64,000 bases of DNA, from contig JAWVEN010000008.1 of assembly GCA_033856675.1 (NCBI GenBank), forward strand, positions 151,659 through 215,658, read 5' to 3'. Within the stretch, counting starts at the first letter, position 1; each line of letters starts with the position of its first letter. The notes beneath the pieces are model-generated. The model did no database searches and was not told the origin of the DNA. It saw only the letters and a list, made by a program, of their open reading frames with translations. Both the position numbers and the translations under genes were made by a program. This DNA is from Gaiellales bacterium (GTDB lineage Bacteria; Actinomycetota; Thermoleophilia; Gaiellales; JAICJC01). Shown piece after piece: positions 10,765 through 18,901 of the stretch.

Positions 10765-12648
10765 GTGCGGTTCCGCCATAAGCTGTCAATCGTGCTGGTC
10801 GGACTGGCGCTCGTTCCGCTGGTCGGCGCCGGCCTGATCGTGCAGGCGCTGCTCGCTCGCGACGAGGTCGAGCAGGTCGACACGAAACTCGCCGCCGGCG
10901 CCGCCGGGGCTGCCACCGCGTACACCGCGCAGCTCAACTCTGCCAGCCTGCTCGCTGCCCAGATCGCCGGGCGGCCCGACGTCGCGCGCGCGTTCCGTCT
11001 CCGTGACCGGAGCGCAGTCACCCTGGGCGAGCTTCCCGAAGGATTCCGCGTGGCCCTCGTGGACGATCGCGGCGTGCTGCTCGGATCGCTCCCAAAGGGG
11101 CCGGCCTGGACGACGACGGCCGAGCTGGTTCCGCCCATTCGCCACCGCCGCGTGATCGTGTGGATTCCGCTCGGCACGCAGTTGCTCGCCCGCGTGGTCG
11201 AGTCGATTCCCACCGCCGAGAGCGTTGGTGTGGCGCTCGTGGTCGACGGCCGGGCCATCGCCGGCATCGCGGCTCCGACCGGGCCGGCAAGCGATCTGCA
11301 GCCGGGGACGACCACCGATGCGACCATCGGCGGCACGGAAGTCCGCGCCCAGGCCGTCCCGGTGGCGGGCCCGGACGGCGAGGCCCTGATCGTGACGACC
11401 TATCCGAAGGCGCGCATCACCGACCGCATCGACTCGCTGCGGTTGCGGCTGCTGATTCCGCTCGCACTGCTGGCGGGGCTGGTGGTGGTCTTTGCGCTGC
11501 TTGCCGCAGATCGGATCTCCCGCGCGCTCACCGACCTGTCGCAGCGCGCCCTTGGCCTCGTGCGCAGCGACCATACGCCGCCACCCTCAGGCGGTGACGA
11601 GCTGCAGGAGTTGGGAGCCGCTCTCGACACGATGTCGAGCGAGCTCACCGAGCGCATGTCCGAGCTCGAGAACGAGCGAGCCCGGCTGAAGTCGACCCTC
11701 ACCCGATACGGCGAGACACTGGCCGCGACACACGATATGCGCGCGCTGCTCTCCGCCGTCCTCGAGACTGCAATGCAGGCGACCAACGCCCGCGGCGGGC
11801 GGCTGCTGCTCTATGCACCCGACCGCGGCGACGCCACCGAGCAGGTGCGGATGGGCACCGCACGCGGCTCTCGCGCCGACCTGCCGATGGTGGTCTCTGC
11901 CGGCAGCGGCATGGAGGGCATGGTGCTGACGACCACGGAGCCGCAGGTGTCGTCCTCACCGCGGCCGATGGTCGCCGTGCCGATCGAGCGCGAGCACAAG
12001 CTGCTCGGTGTGCTGACCGTGGTGGATCACGAGGAGGGCGAGTTCCTGCGCGACGACGTCGAGACGCTCGCCGGCCTCGCCAACCAGGCCGGCGTCGCGA
12101 TCGAGAATGCGCGCCTGCACCTACAGGTCGAGCAGCAGGCCATCACCGACCCGCTCACCGGCCTCGCCAACCGGCGACAGTTCTTCGACACGCTTGAGCG
12201 CGAGTTCGAGCGCGCGCAGCGGTTCGGCACGCCCCTCTCGCTGATCATGCTCGACATCGACAACTTCAAGCAGATGAACGACGTCCGCGGCCACCTGGCC
12301 GGCGATGCGGTGCTCCACGGCACGGCGGGGACGATCGAGGGCCTGATCCGTGAGATCGACCTGGCGGCCAGGTACGGCGGCGAGGAGTTTGGTGTGTTGC
12401 TGCCCCAGACGAATCTCGAGGGTGCCAAGAACCTCGCCGAGCGACTGCGCGAAGCCGTCTCCCTTCGAGTCGTGATGTTCGGGGAGGACCAGATCAACGG
12501 CGTCACGGCCAGCTTCGGCGTTGCCTCCGGGCCGCGCACGAACGCCGATCACCTCGACCTGGTGGCACGTGCCGATGCGGCGCTCTACCGCGCGAAGCGC
12601 GCGGGAAAGAATCGTGTCGAAGTCGACGAGCCAGGGGGTACAACATGA
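10765..12648 (+). CDS. Membrane sensor diguanylate cyclase (TM/periplasmic region-HAMP-GAF-GGDEF)
   Basis: C-terminal DPLTGLANRRQF...ARYGGEEFGVLLP (GGEEF active site). GAF-like segment before it. Two N-terminal TM segments. Confidence 0.9.
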   Translation: MRFRHKLSIVLVGLALVPLVGAGLIVQALLARDEVEQVDTKLAAGAAGAATAYTAQLNSASLLAAQIAGRPDVARAFRLRDRSAVTLGELPEGFRVALVDDRGVLLGSLPKGPAWTTTAELVPPIRHRRVIVWIPLGTQLLARVVESIPTAESVGVALVVDGRAIAGIAAPTGPASDLQPGTTTDATIGGTEVRAQAVPVAGPDGEALIVTTYPKARITDRIDSLRLRLLIPLALLAGLVVVFALLAADRISRALTDLSQRALGLVRSDHTPPPSGGDELQELGAALDTMSSELTERMSELENERARLKSTLTRYGETLAATHDMRALLSAVLETAMQATNARGGRLLLYAPDRGDATEQVRMGTARGSRADLPMVVSAGSGMEGMVLTTTEPQVSSSPRPMVAVPIEREHKLLGVLTVVDHEEGEFLRDDVETLAGLANQAGVAIENARLHLQVEQQAITDPLTGLANRRQFFDTLEREFERAQRFGTPLSLIMLDIDNFKQMNDVRGHLAGDAVLHGTAGTIEGLIREIDLAARYGGEEFGVLLPQTNLEGAKNLAERLREAVSLRVVMFGEDQINGVTASFGVASGPRTNADHLDLVARADAALYRAKRAGKNRVEVDEPGGTT

Positions 12649-12717
12649 GGCATCCGGGCCAGACTGCTAGGCTTCCGCGGCTCGTTTGTGTGACTGACCA
12701 TCGACCGGAGGGTGTGC

Positions 12718-13029
12718 ATGACGGGGAGTAACGGCTCGCTGTTCTCATCGGTAATCGAGGACCATCTCGCGCTGAAAAGGAAGAACAGCCTGCTCGACGA
12801 CGACATGCCGCTCGAGCAGTACATCGGCGACGATCCCTTCCAGAACCATCCGCTGTTCAAGTCAGAGGACGAGGCGCGGCGCGAGGAAGAGGAGACGGGG
12901 GAGCACCCGGCCGTTTCCCTCGAGATTCCACCCGACACGCTCAGCATGCCGGTTGTCGAGGCAGGCTCGCGCGACGGCGCGCAGAGCTGGATGGAAACAC
13001 AGACAGAGCCCGACTTCCGCTGGGATTAG
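12718..13029 (+). CDS. Hypothetical small acidic protein (103 aa)
   Basis: GGAGG at 12707-12711, 6 nt before ATG 12718. Codon usage looks coding. No domain recognised. Confidence 0.5.
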   Translation: MTGSNGSLFSSVIEDHLALKRKNSLLDDDMPLEQYIGDDPFQNHPLFKSEDEARREEEETGEHPAVSLEIPPDTLSMPVVEAGSRDGAQSWMETQTEPDFRWD

Positions 13030-13050
13030 TCCGAGCGGTCGCGACGCACG

Positions 13051-13947
13051 TCAGCTTCGCCGAACCTCGAAGCTGAACACGTCCGGGCGGTTGTAGTGGC
13101 CGGCGGGGTCGAATCGCTGACGGTCAGCGGCCAGCCGGTCCGGATCGAGCTCGGCGTGGAGGATGCCCGGTTCGTCCCACAGCGGGCCGGCGAGATAGGT
13201 GCCGTCAGGCGCGACAATCGCCGAGCCGCCGCGGTCCATCAGGTCGGGGCCGTCTGCCAGGGGCACCTCCGGCGGGTGTGACGATGCGCGCTGCAGCACG
13301 CATGCGGTCATGACGTAGCAACGCGACTCACGAGCGATGTGGCGCATCGACTCCTGCCAGCCGTCACTGGTGTCGGCCGTTGGCGAGAGCAGGATCTCGA
13401 GCCCGTCCGCGTAGAGCGCGAAGCGCGCCAGCGGCATGAAGTTCTCCCAGCAGATCAGGCCGCCGACGCGGCCGAACGGCGTCGATACCGTCTGCAGCCC
13501 CTCGCCGGATCCAAGGCCCCAGACCAGCCGCTCATGGTTCGTCGGCATCAGCTTCCTGCGGTGCAGCGCCAGAGAGCCGTCCGGGGCATGCACGAGCAGC
13601 GTGTTGAACAGCGTCCCGCCGGCGCGCTCGTTGACGCCCGTGGCAAGCCACACGCCATGCTCGAGCGCTATGGCGCCGAGGCGGTCGCAGGCGTCGCCGG
13701 GCACCTCCACGGCCTCGCGCATCAGGCGCGCGAACGTCGCCCGCGCGGCGGGGTCGGAGCCGGCGGCAAGCAGCCGCACCCAGCGATTGGAGGGGTAGCA
13801 AGGCACGAACGCTTCCGGGAAGAGCACCAGCCGAGCCCCTGTTGCAGCGGCTTCGCCAGTGAGCTCCGCGACGCGGTCGATCGTGGCCTCCCGGTCGAGG
13901 ATCACCGGTTCGGCCTGGACGCAAGCAACGGTTACGGGCTCGTGCAC
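13051..13947 (-). CDS. Nitrilase / carbon-nitrogen hydrolase family protein
   Basis: E-K-C triad contexts: LVLFPEAF, HRRKLMP, GGLICWENFMP. Confidence 0.85.
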   Translation of the reverse strand: MHEPVTVACVQAEPVILDREATIDRVAELTGEAAATGARLVLFPEAFVPCYPSNRWVRLLAAGSDPAARATFARLMREAVEVPGDACDRLGAIALEHGVWLATGVNERAGGTLFNTLLVHAPDGSLALHRRKLMPTNHERLVWGLGSGEGLQTVSTPFGRVGGLICWENFMPLARFALYADGLEILLSPTADTSDGWQESMRHIARESRCYVMTACVLQRASSHPPEVPLADGPDLMDRGGSAIVAPDGTYLAGPLWDEPGILHAELDPDRLAADRQRFDPAGHYNRPDVFSFEVRRS

Positions 13948-13956
13948 CCGCGCACC

Positions 13957-15648
13957 CTAGCCCGTGCCGAGCGCACTTCGCATGCCTCCAAGCCGCAGCC
14001 GAACGATTGCATCGGCTGCGTCGGCGCTCGGCGCATACCCGGTGACGGCCGCAACGAACTCGTCACGGTCGAGTGCCAGCAGCCGCGCGGCGCTGCGCGC
14101 GCGCACGGTCGCAGTCCTGGGTACGTCGCGGACGAGCGCGATCTCGCCGAAGAACGCCGCCGGCCCGAGATCCGCCACCGAGGCGCCGCCGGTCACGACT
14201 TCGAGCTCCCCATCCTCGATCAGGTAGAAGCGGTCGCCCGGCTCGCCCTCCCTGATCACGACCTGGCCCGGTTCGACCGAGACCGGGTCGAGCAGCCGTG
14301 CGAGCCGCTCCAGCGTCGGCTCGGGCAGGAGGGCCATGAACGGGATGCCGCGCAGCAGCTCCACGCGCTCGGGGTCCACCGCCTCGTGGTCGATGCGCCG
14401 AAGCAGCGGCCAGGCGAGCGCGGTGCAGATCGGGAGGATGCAACCCGTGATCACGAGGGTGGCGCGGATGCCGAACAGGTCGATCAGCGCCGGCGCGAGC
14501 GCCGCTCCCAGGCCGTAGGTGGCGACGAACACGCTCTCCAGGGCACCGAGCACGCGGCCGAGCACCTGGTCGGGAACGACCCGCTGGAGGAGCGTCAGCC
14601 CGGCAACGTCCACGAGCGTGTTGCCGATCCCCACCACCGCGAGCATGACCGCCGCGACGACCGGGTCGACCAGCACCGCGATGAACGCGATCGGCGCCCC
14701 CCACGCAAGCAGTCCGAGCGAGAAGTCGGATGCGAGCCGGCCACGTCCCACGAGGGCGAACGCGGCGACGCTGCCCAGCAGTCCGCCGACCCCGATCACG
14801 GCGTTGAGCGTGCCGACGCCGGACTCGCCCATGTCGAGCAACTCGAACGCCATCACCACGATCAGCACCGTCAGCATCCCTGAGACAAGCGTCTGGACGC
14901 CGAAGAGGCCGATCAGCACTCGGAGCCGTACGTCGGCGGCGATCGCGCGTACGCCGGCCGTCAGCTCATGCCAGAACCCAACCGGTTCCGGTGCCTCCTG
15001 CTCCGCCTCGATCGCTTCATCCGCCTCGATCGCCTCATCCGCCGACCTGTCCGGGCGGATCCCGAGCACCAGCGCCGCCGACCAGAGGAACGTCACGGCA
15101 TCGAGGGCGAAGACCGTTGCAACGTTCGTGCCGGCGAGCAGTGCACCGCCGAGCGCGGGGCCGATGAACATCCCGGCGCTGTCGATGGTGCTCGTGACGA
15201 CGTTCGCGGCCGTCAACTCCTGCGGGGTCCGGGTCAGCGACGGCAGCATTGCAGTCTGCGCGGGCTGGAAGGCGGTCGACGCGACGAGCGGTGCCAGCGA
15301 CAGGGCGTACACGAGCAGGGCCGGACCGTCTGTCGCAGCCACCGCCGCAGCGCCGGCGACACCGATGGCGGATGACGTGTCGCATCCGATCATCACCGCC
15401 CTGCGGGGATACCGGTCGGCGAGCAGTGAGGCGAACGGCGCCGCGGCCGCACCGACGAGGCTTCGCACCAGAGCCACCAGACCGACCGCCGCTGCGCCCC
15501 CCTGGCCGTAGGCGTAGACCGCCAGGGCAATGGTGAAGGCCCAGTCTCCGATGACGGAACCGGCGAACGCGAGCTCGAGCCGGCGCAGTGACCGGTTGGC
15601 AAACGCGGCGCCAAATGCGCGGCCGGACTCGCGGATTCGGGAGAGCAT
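13957..15648 (-). CDS. MFS transporter fused to a C-terminal cyclic-nucleotide-binding domain
   Basis: About 12 TM segments, then GDRFYLIEDGELEV...FFGEIALVRDVPRTATVRA, a cNMP-binding phosphate-binding cassette. Confidence 0.85.
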   Translation of the reverse strand: MLSRIRESGRAFGAAFANRSLRRLELAFAGSVIGDWAFTIALAVYAYGQGGAAAVGLVALVRSLVGAAAAPFASLLADRYPRRAVMIGCDTSSAIGVAGAAAVAATDGPALLVYALSLAPLVASTAFQPAQTAMLPSLTRTPQELTAANVVTSTIDSAGMFIGPALGGALLAGTNVATVFALDAVTFLWSAALVLGIRPDRSADEAIEADEAIEAEQEAPEPVGFWHELTAGVRAIAADVRLRVLIGLFGVQTLVSGMLTVLIVVMAFELLDMGESGVGTLNAVIGVGGLLGSVAAFALVGRGRLASDFSLGLLAWGAPIAFIAVLVDPVVAAVMLAVVGIGNTLVDVAGLTLLQRVVPDQVLGRVLGALESVFVATYGLGAALAPALIDLFGIRATLVITGCILPICTALAWPLLRRIDHEAVDPERVELLRGIPFMALLPEPTLERLARLLDPVSVEPGQVVIREGEPGDRFYLIEDGELEVVTGGASVADLGPAAFFGEIALVRDVPRTATVRARSAARLLALDRDEFVAAVTGYAPSADAADAIVRLRLGGMRSALGTG

Positions 15649-15758
15649 CCGCGCCAGCTTTTCAGATCTCTTGCGTTTTTGATGCGGAGTGGGAAGATTC
15701 AGTCAGTCCGCGACGTCTTGTACTCGACGTGGCGGAACCCGACTGCTCAGGAGGACAC

Positions 15759-15908
15759 ATGGATCCCCAGGACCGCGAGAGGCACAAGCAGAACGAAGAG
15801 CCCGACGTTGAGGCGCACAGGCGGAAGCACCTGACCGAGGACGCCCCGAAGGACGAGACCGAGAAGGACGAGCCGGACGTCGAGGCGCATCGCATCAGGC
15901 ACATCTAG
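15759..15908 (+). CDS. 49-aa highly charged mini-protein with a duplicated EPDVEAHR-x-x-H motif
   Basis: AGGAGGA at 15749-15755, then ATG 15759. MDPQDRERHKQNEEPDVEAHRRKHLTEDAPKDETEKDEPDVEAHRIRHI. The two motif copies include three synonymous codon changes. A strong terminator follows. Confidence 0.6.
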   Translation: MDPQDRERHKQNEEPDVEAHRRKHLTEDAPKDETEKDEPDVEAHRIRHI

Positions 15909-15928
15909 CTTCAAGATTTTTCCGCCAA

Positions 15929-15965
15929 CGCACGAGGGGCCCGGTCTTGCCGGGCCCCTCGTGCG
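15929..15965. terminator. Perfect 16-bp GC-rich hairpin between convergent genes (bidirectional terminator candidate)
   Basis: CGCACGAGGGGCCCGG-tcttg-CCGGGCCCCTCGTGCG followed by GTTT on the plus strand. Lies between the mini-gene (+) and the GAF gene (-). Confidence 0.75.
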
Positions 15966-15980
15966 GTTTAACGCGGTAGA

Positions 15981-16634
15981 TCAGCGCCCGTTGTTTGCCT
16001 CGAGGACGTCCGCAAGGCCCTCGAGCAGCCGCTGCGCTGCCTCGGAGCGCTTCCCCTCGAGCCCGTCCAGGGCCGCCGCGATCCTCGCCACGGCGGTCAG
16101 CCGGCTATCCGCTCCCTGCAGCGCCTCGCGTGCCCGTCCGGCGCGCGCCAGCAGGTCGAGGGCGATCGCCGCCTGGTTTGCGAACAGCCCGAGCAGGTCC
16201 ATCTCCATCAGGGTGAAGCCGGCGCGGGCCGGGCGGTCGAGCACCTCGAGCACGCCCAGTGATCGCTCCTCGTGCAGCAGCGGCACGGCCATGATGCCCT
16301 TCGGCACATATCCGGTGTCCGAGGCGACATCGGCCGCGAACCGCGGATCCGCCGAGACGTCCTCGATCACCAGCGGCTGCCTCGTCACCAGCACCCACCC
16401 GGCGATGCCGGTGCTCGACGGGAAGCGCCGTCCGATCAGGTTGTCCTCGCCGGATCCCGCAACGGTGGCGAACACCAGCTCGTCCGTGTCCTCGTCGTAC
16501 AGGAAGATCGATGCCGCCTTGGCACCGAAGATGGCACGCGCGGTCTCAGCGACCGAGCGCAGCAGCTCCTTGTGGGCGTCCTCGGTCGCAAGCACTCCGG
16601 CCGCCACGGCGGCCGCGAGCCGGTCGTCGCTCAT
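15981..16634 (-). CDS. GAF domain-containing protein (cytoplasmic)
   Basis: LLRSVAETARAIFGAKAASIFLYDEDTDELVF...GIAGWVLVTRQPLVIEDV...AVPLLHEERSLGVLEVLD is a GAF fold pattern. Helical C-terminal tail. Confidence 0.8.
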   Translation of the reverse strand: MSDDRLAAAVAAGVLATEDAHKELLRSVAETARAIFGAKAASIFLYDEDTDELVFATVAGSGEDNLIGRRFPSSTGIAGWVLVTRQPLVIEDVSADPRFAADVASDTGYVPKGIMAVPLLHEERSLGVLEVLDRPARAGFTLMEMDLLGLFANQAAIALDLLARAGRAREALQGADSRLTAVARIAAALDGLEGKRSEAAQRLLEGLADVLEANNGR

Positions 16635-17461
16635 CCCTCACCCCCAACGTTCGATGCTGTCGAATGCAGCACGCTCTTCAGCTGGAACTGCGTCAGCTCC
16701 GGATGCTTGCCGAGGATCAGCGCGCAGATGCCCGACAGGTGCGGCGTCGCGAAGCTGTTGCCGCTGCAGCGAAGCGTTCCGCCGCCGATCCAGGCGACGT
16801 CCAGGTCGAGCCCGGGCGCGAAGAACTCCACTGGCGGGTTCGGGTTGTAGAAGAACGTGTGGCCGCCCGCGCGGTCATGGCTTCCCACCGACAGCACCGA
16901 CGAGAACTTCCATGGAAAGCTCTCGACGGGCATGTTGTGCGCCGAGGCGACGATCAGGCTGCGTCGGAAGTACGCCTCGTCGGCGAGCTCGTGCAACACC
17001 TCGGCGAACTGCTTCTTGGTGGTGGAGAGGCTCATGTTGATCACGTCGAAGCCCTGCCCGATCGCCCATCGCAAGCCGGCAAGCAGCACCGGGCCGCTGC
17101 CGGTGTAGCCCGCCCCCAGCACACGGACGCTGTGGATCTCGCAATCCGGCGCCAGGCTGCGCACGATGCCGGCGCACGCGGTGCCGTGACCGCACAGGTC
17201 GCCCTCCGTGTCGGTCACGACCTCGCCCGTCTCGGCGTCGGCGATGGTCACCGCCGACTGCACCTCGCCCACCAGTGGGTGGCCGGCCTCGACGCCGCTG
17301 TCGACAATCGCCACCCGCACGCCCCTGCCAATCGAGCCGCCCCAAGCCCAATCCCGGGTGATGGGCGTCGGCCAGCGTCCGGGGACGGTCAGCCGTTCCG
17401 CCTTGTCTGCCGTGAGGCTCCACGCGGGGAGAAGCTCTTCGCTGTCGGCGGCGTCCGTCAC
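16631..17461 (-). CDS. S8 (subtilisin) family serine peptidase without a signal peptide
   Basis: Triad contexts VAIVDSGV (Asp), CGHGTACAGIV (His), GNSFATPHLSG (Ser). N-terminus MTDAADSEELLPAW... has no hydrophobic segment. 4-nt overlaps on both sides. Confidence 0.85.
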   Translation of the reverse strand: MTDAADSEELLPAWSLTADKAERLTVPGRWPTPITRDWAWGGSIGRGVRVAIVDSGVEAGHPLVGEVQSAVTIADAETGEVVTDTEGDLCGHGTACAGIVRSLAPDCEIHSVRVLGAGYTGSGPVLLAGLRWAIGQGFDVINMSLSTTKKQFAEVLHELADEAYFRRSLIVASAHNMPVESFPWKFSSVLSVGSHDRAGGHTFFYNPNPPVEFFAPGLDLDVAWIGGGTLRCSGNSFATPHLSGICALILGKHPELTQFQLKSVLHSTASNVGGEG

Positions 17462-17712
17462 AAACGATCGCGGAGATGGGCTACGAGGACCGGGTCGAGC
17501 TCAACGCCCGCCCGCTGGAGGGCGCCTTCCAGATCTGCCAGCAGCTCGGCCCGGAAGGTCGCATCGGTTGCAGCCAGTGCGGCGATCTGGTCGATCGCGC
17601 GCCGGGTTGCGGGCAGCCGTACAGCCGCCTCCACCCAGGCTTCCGGCGCCGGGGGAAGAGCCCGCAGCAGCCGTCCGATGTGCTCCTCGTCGTAGGTCAT
17701 CTCAGTGCTCAT
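17458..17712 (-). CDS. 84-aa hypothetical soluble helical protein (possible sigma-factor partner)
   Basis: Sits between the ECF sigma and the S8 peptidase with 4-nt overlaps at both ends. No TM segment and no HxxxCxxC motif. Confidence 0.55.
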   Translation of the reverse strand: MSTEMTYDEEHIGRLLRALPPAPEAWVEAAVRLPATRRAIDQIAALAATDATFRAELLADLEGALQRAGVELDPVLVAHLRDRL

Positions 17713-18278
17713 GACGGGCCGGAGGCCGGTTGTCTTCCCTCGAGTTGCTCACGAAGCTTGGCGAGGCACCGCGAGATGCGGCTGGCGATTGTGCCGGCCG
17801 GCAGCCCGAGCGCGTTCCCGATGGTGGCATAGCTCTCGTCGCGCGCAAAGAAGCGGTCGAGGATCTCCCGGCACGCCTCCGGCAGGCGCAGCAGCGACTC
17901 CCGCACCGCCAGTGCATCATCGAGCCGCTCGAGCGTCTCGTCGACATGCGGGTCGGCGGGCTCCTCCTCGATCGACTCGCGCGTCGCGGCACGGAGCCGG
18001 TCGACGCAAAGCCGGCGGGTGAGCTGTCCGATCCAAGGCCGGATCGCGTTGTCGTCCCGGAGGTCTCCGAGGCGCTCGTAGGTGCGCGTGAAGACGTCCT
18101 GGAAGACGTCCTCGGCGTCGGTCGGCGAAAGGCGGTAGGCCTGCTGGGAGATGGCATACACGTAGCGCGAGAACCGTTGCACCAGCGCTGCCCAGGCTTC
18201 GTCGTCGCCCGCCCGGCAACGTGCTACGAGGCCCGCGTCCGACAGGTCGTGCATCGGCGTCGTGCGCGGGGCGCTCAT
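17709..18278 (-). CDS. ECF-type RNA polymerase sigma-70 family factor
   Basis: Region 2 DAEDVFQDVFTRTYERLGDLRDDNAIRPWIGQLTRRLCVDRLR. Region 4 SYATIGNALGLPAGTIASRISRCLAKLRE. Confidence 0.9.
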   Translation of the reverse strand: MSAPRTTPMHDLSDAGLVARCRAGDDEAWAALVQRFSRYVYAISQQAYRLSPTDAEDVFQDVFTRTYERLGDLRDDNAIRPWIGQLTRRLCVDRLRAATRESIEEEPADPHVDETLERLDDALAVRESLLRLPEACREILDRFFARDESYATIGNALGLPAGTIASRISRCLAKLREQLEGRQPASGPS

Positions 18279-18820
18279 GTCCAGGCGTCCTCCCTGGCGA
18301 CGGCGACGGCGAACTCTCCGGCGCTGTCGGCCATGCGGCGCGCCTCGGACACGCGGCTGTCGTCGGAGCGGCTGAGCAGGTTGATCTCGACCAGGTGCGC
18401 TGACGCCTTCGCCGACGCGGCTGCGAGCATCGCTGCGACCACCATGTCGGCGTGATGGGTCTGGTCGCAGTGGCGCGCGGTGTCGAGCGCCAGCGCGGCG
18501 GTGTCGGAGGACGTGCGGGCGAGCTCCAGAGCCGCCTGCGCGGCCGGCGGTAGCGCCGCGGCGATGCGGTCGCTGTCGCCTTCGGCGAGCGACTGCATCG
18601 CGGTCTCATATGACGCTTCCAACGTCGCGCTGATGTCCCGGAGCCGGAGCGCAAGCGCCGAGGCCTGCGCGATCGCGCCTCCAGCCTCTGGCCAGACGTC
18701 CCTCGACCGGCGTGCGGCCTTGATCACGAGTGCGGCGGCGAGCTCTGCCGTCACCGCCGCTGCGGAACCCGCGGCCGGCGTCCGATCGGCTGAGGCAACC
18801 CGTGTCAGGAGCTCATCCAT
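18275..18820 (-). CDS. Cyclodeaminase/cyclohydrolase (FTCD C-terminal-like) family protein
   Basis: Start trimmed to MDELLTRVASADRTPAAGSAAAVTAELAAALVIKAARRS..., the characteristic N-terminal pattern of FTCD_C-like all-helical proteins. Confidence 0.7.
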   Translation of the reverse strand: MDELLTRVASADRTPAAGSAAAVTAELAAALVIKAARRSRDVWPEAGGAIAQASALALRLRDISATLEASYETAMQSLAEGDSDRIAAALPPAAQAALELARTSSDTAALALDTARHCDQTHHADMVVAAMLAAASAKASAHLVEINLLSRSDDSRVSEARRMADSAGEFAVAVAREDAWT

Positions 18821-18901
18821 GCGCCGAGCGTACCATCGCGGCTGTGAGGCGCAACGGCGGGCTGACACGGGTTCGCGACCAGTCTTTCACCACATCGTCA
18901 C

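Noticed and set aside
13339-15511. ORFs 13339..14883(+) of 514 aa and 14519..15511(+) of 330 aa
   Set aside because: They are antisense to the nitrilase and MFS-cNMP genes. Their composition is dominated by R/A/G/P or S/T/A, with no recognisable motifs.
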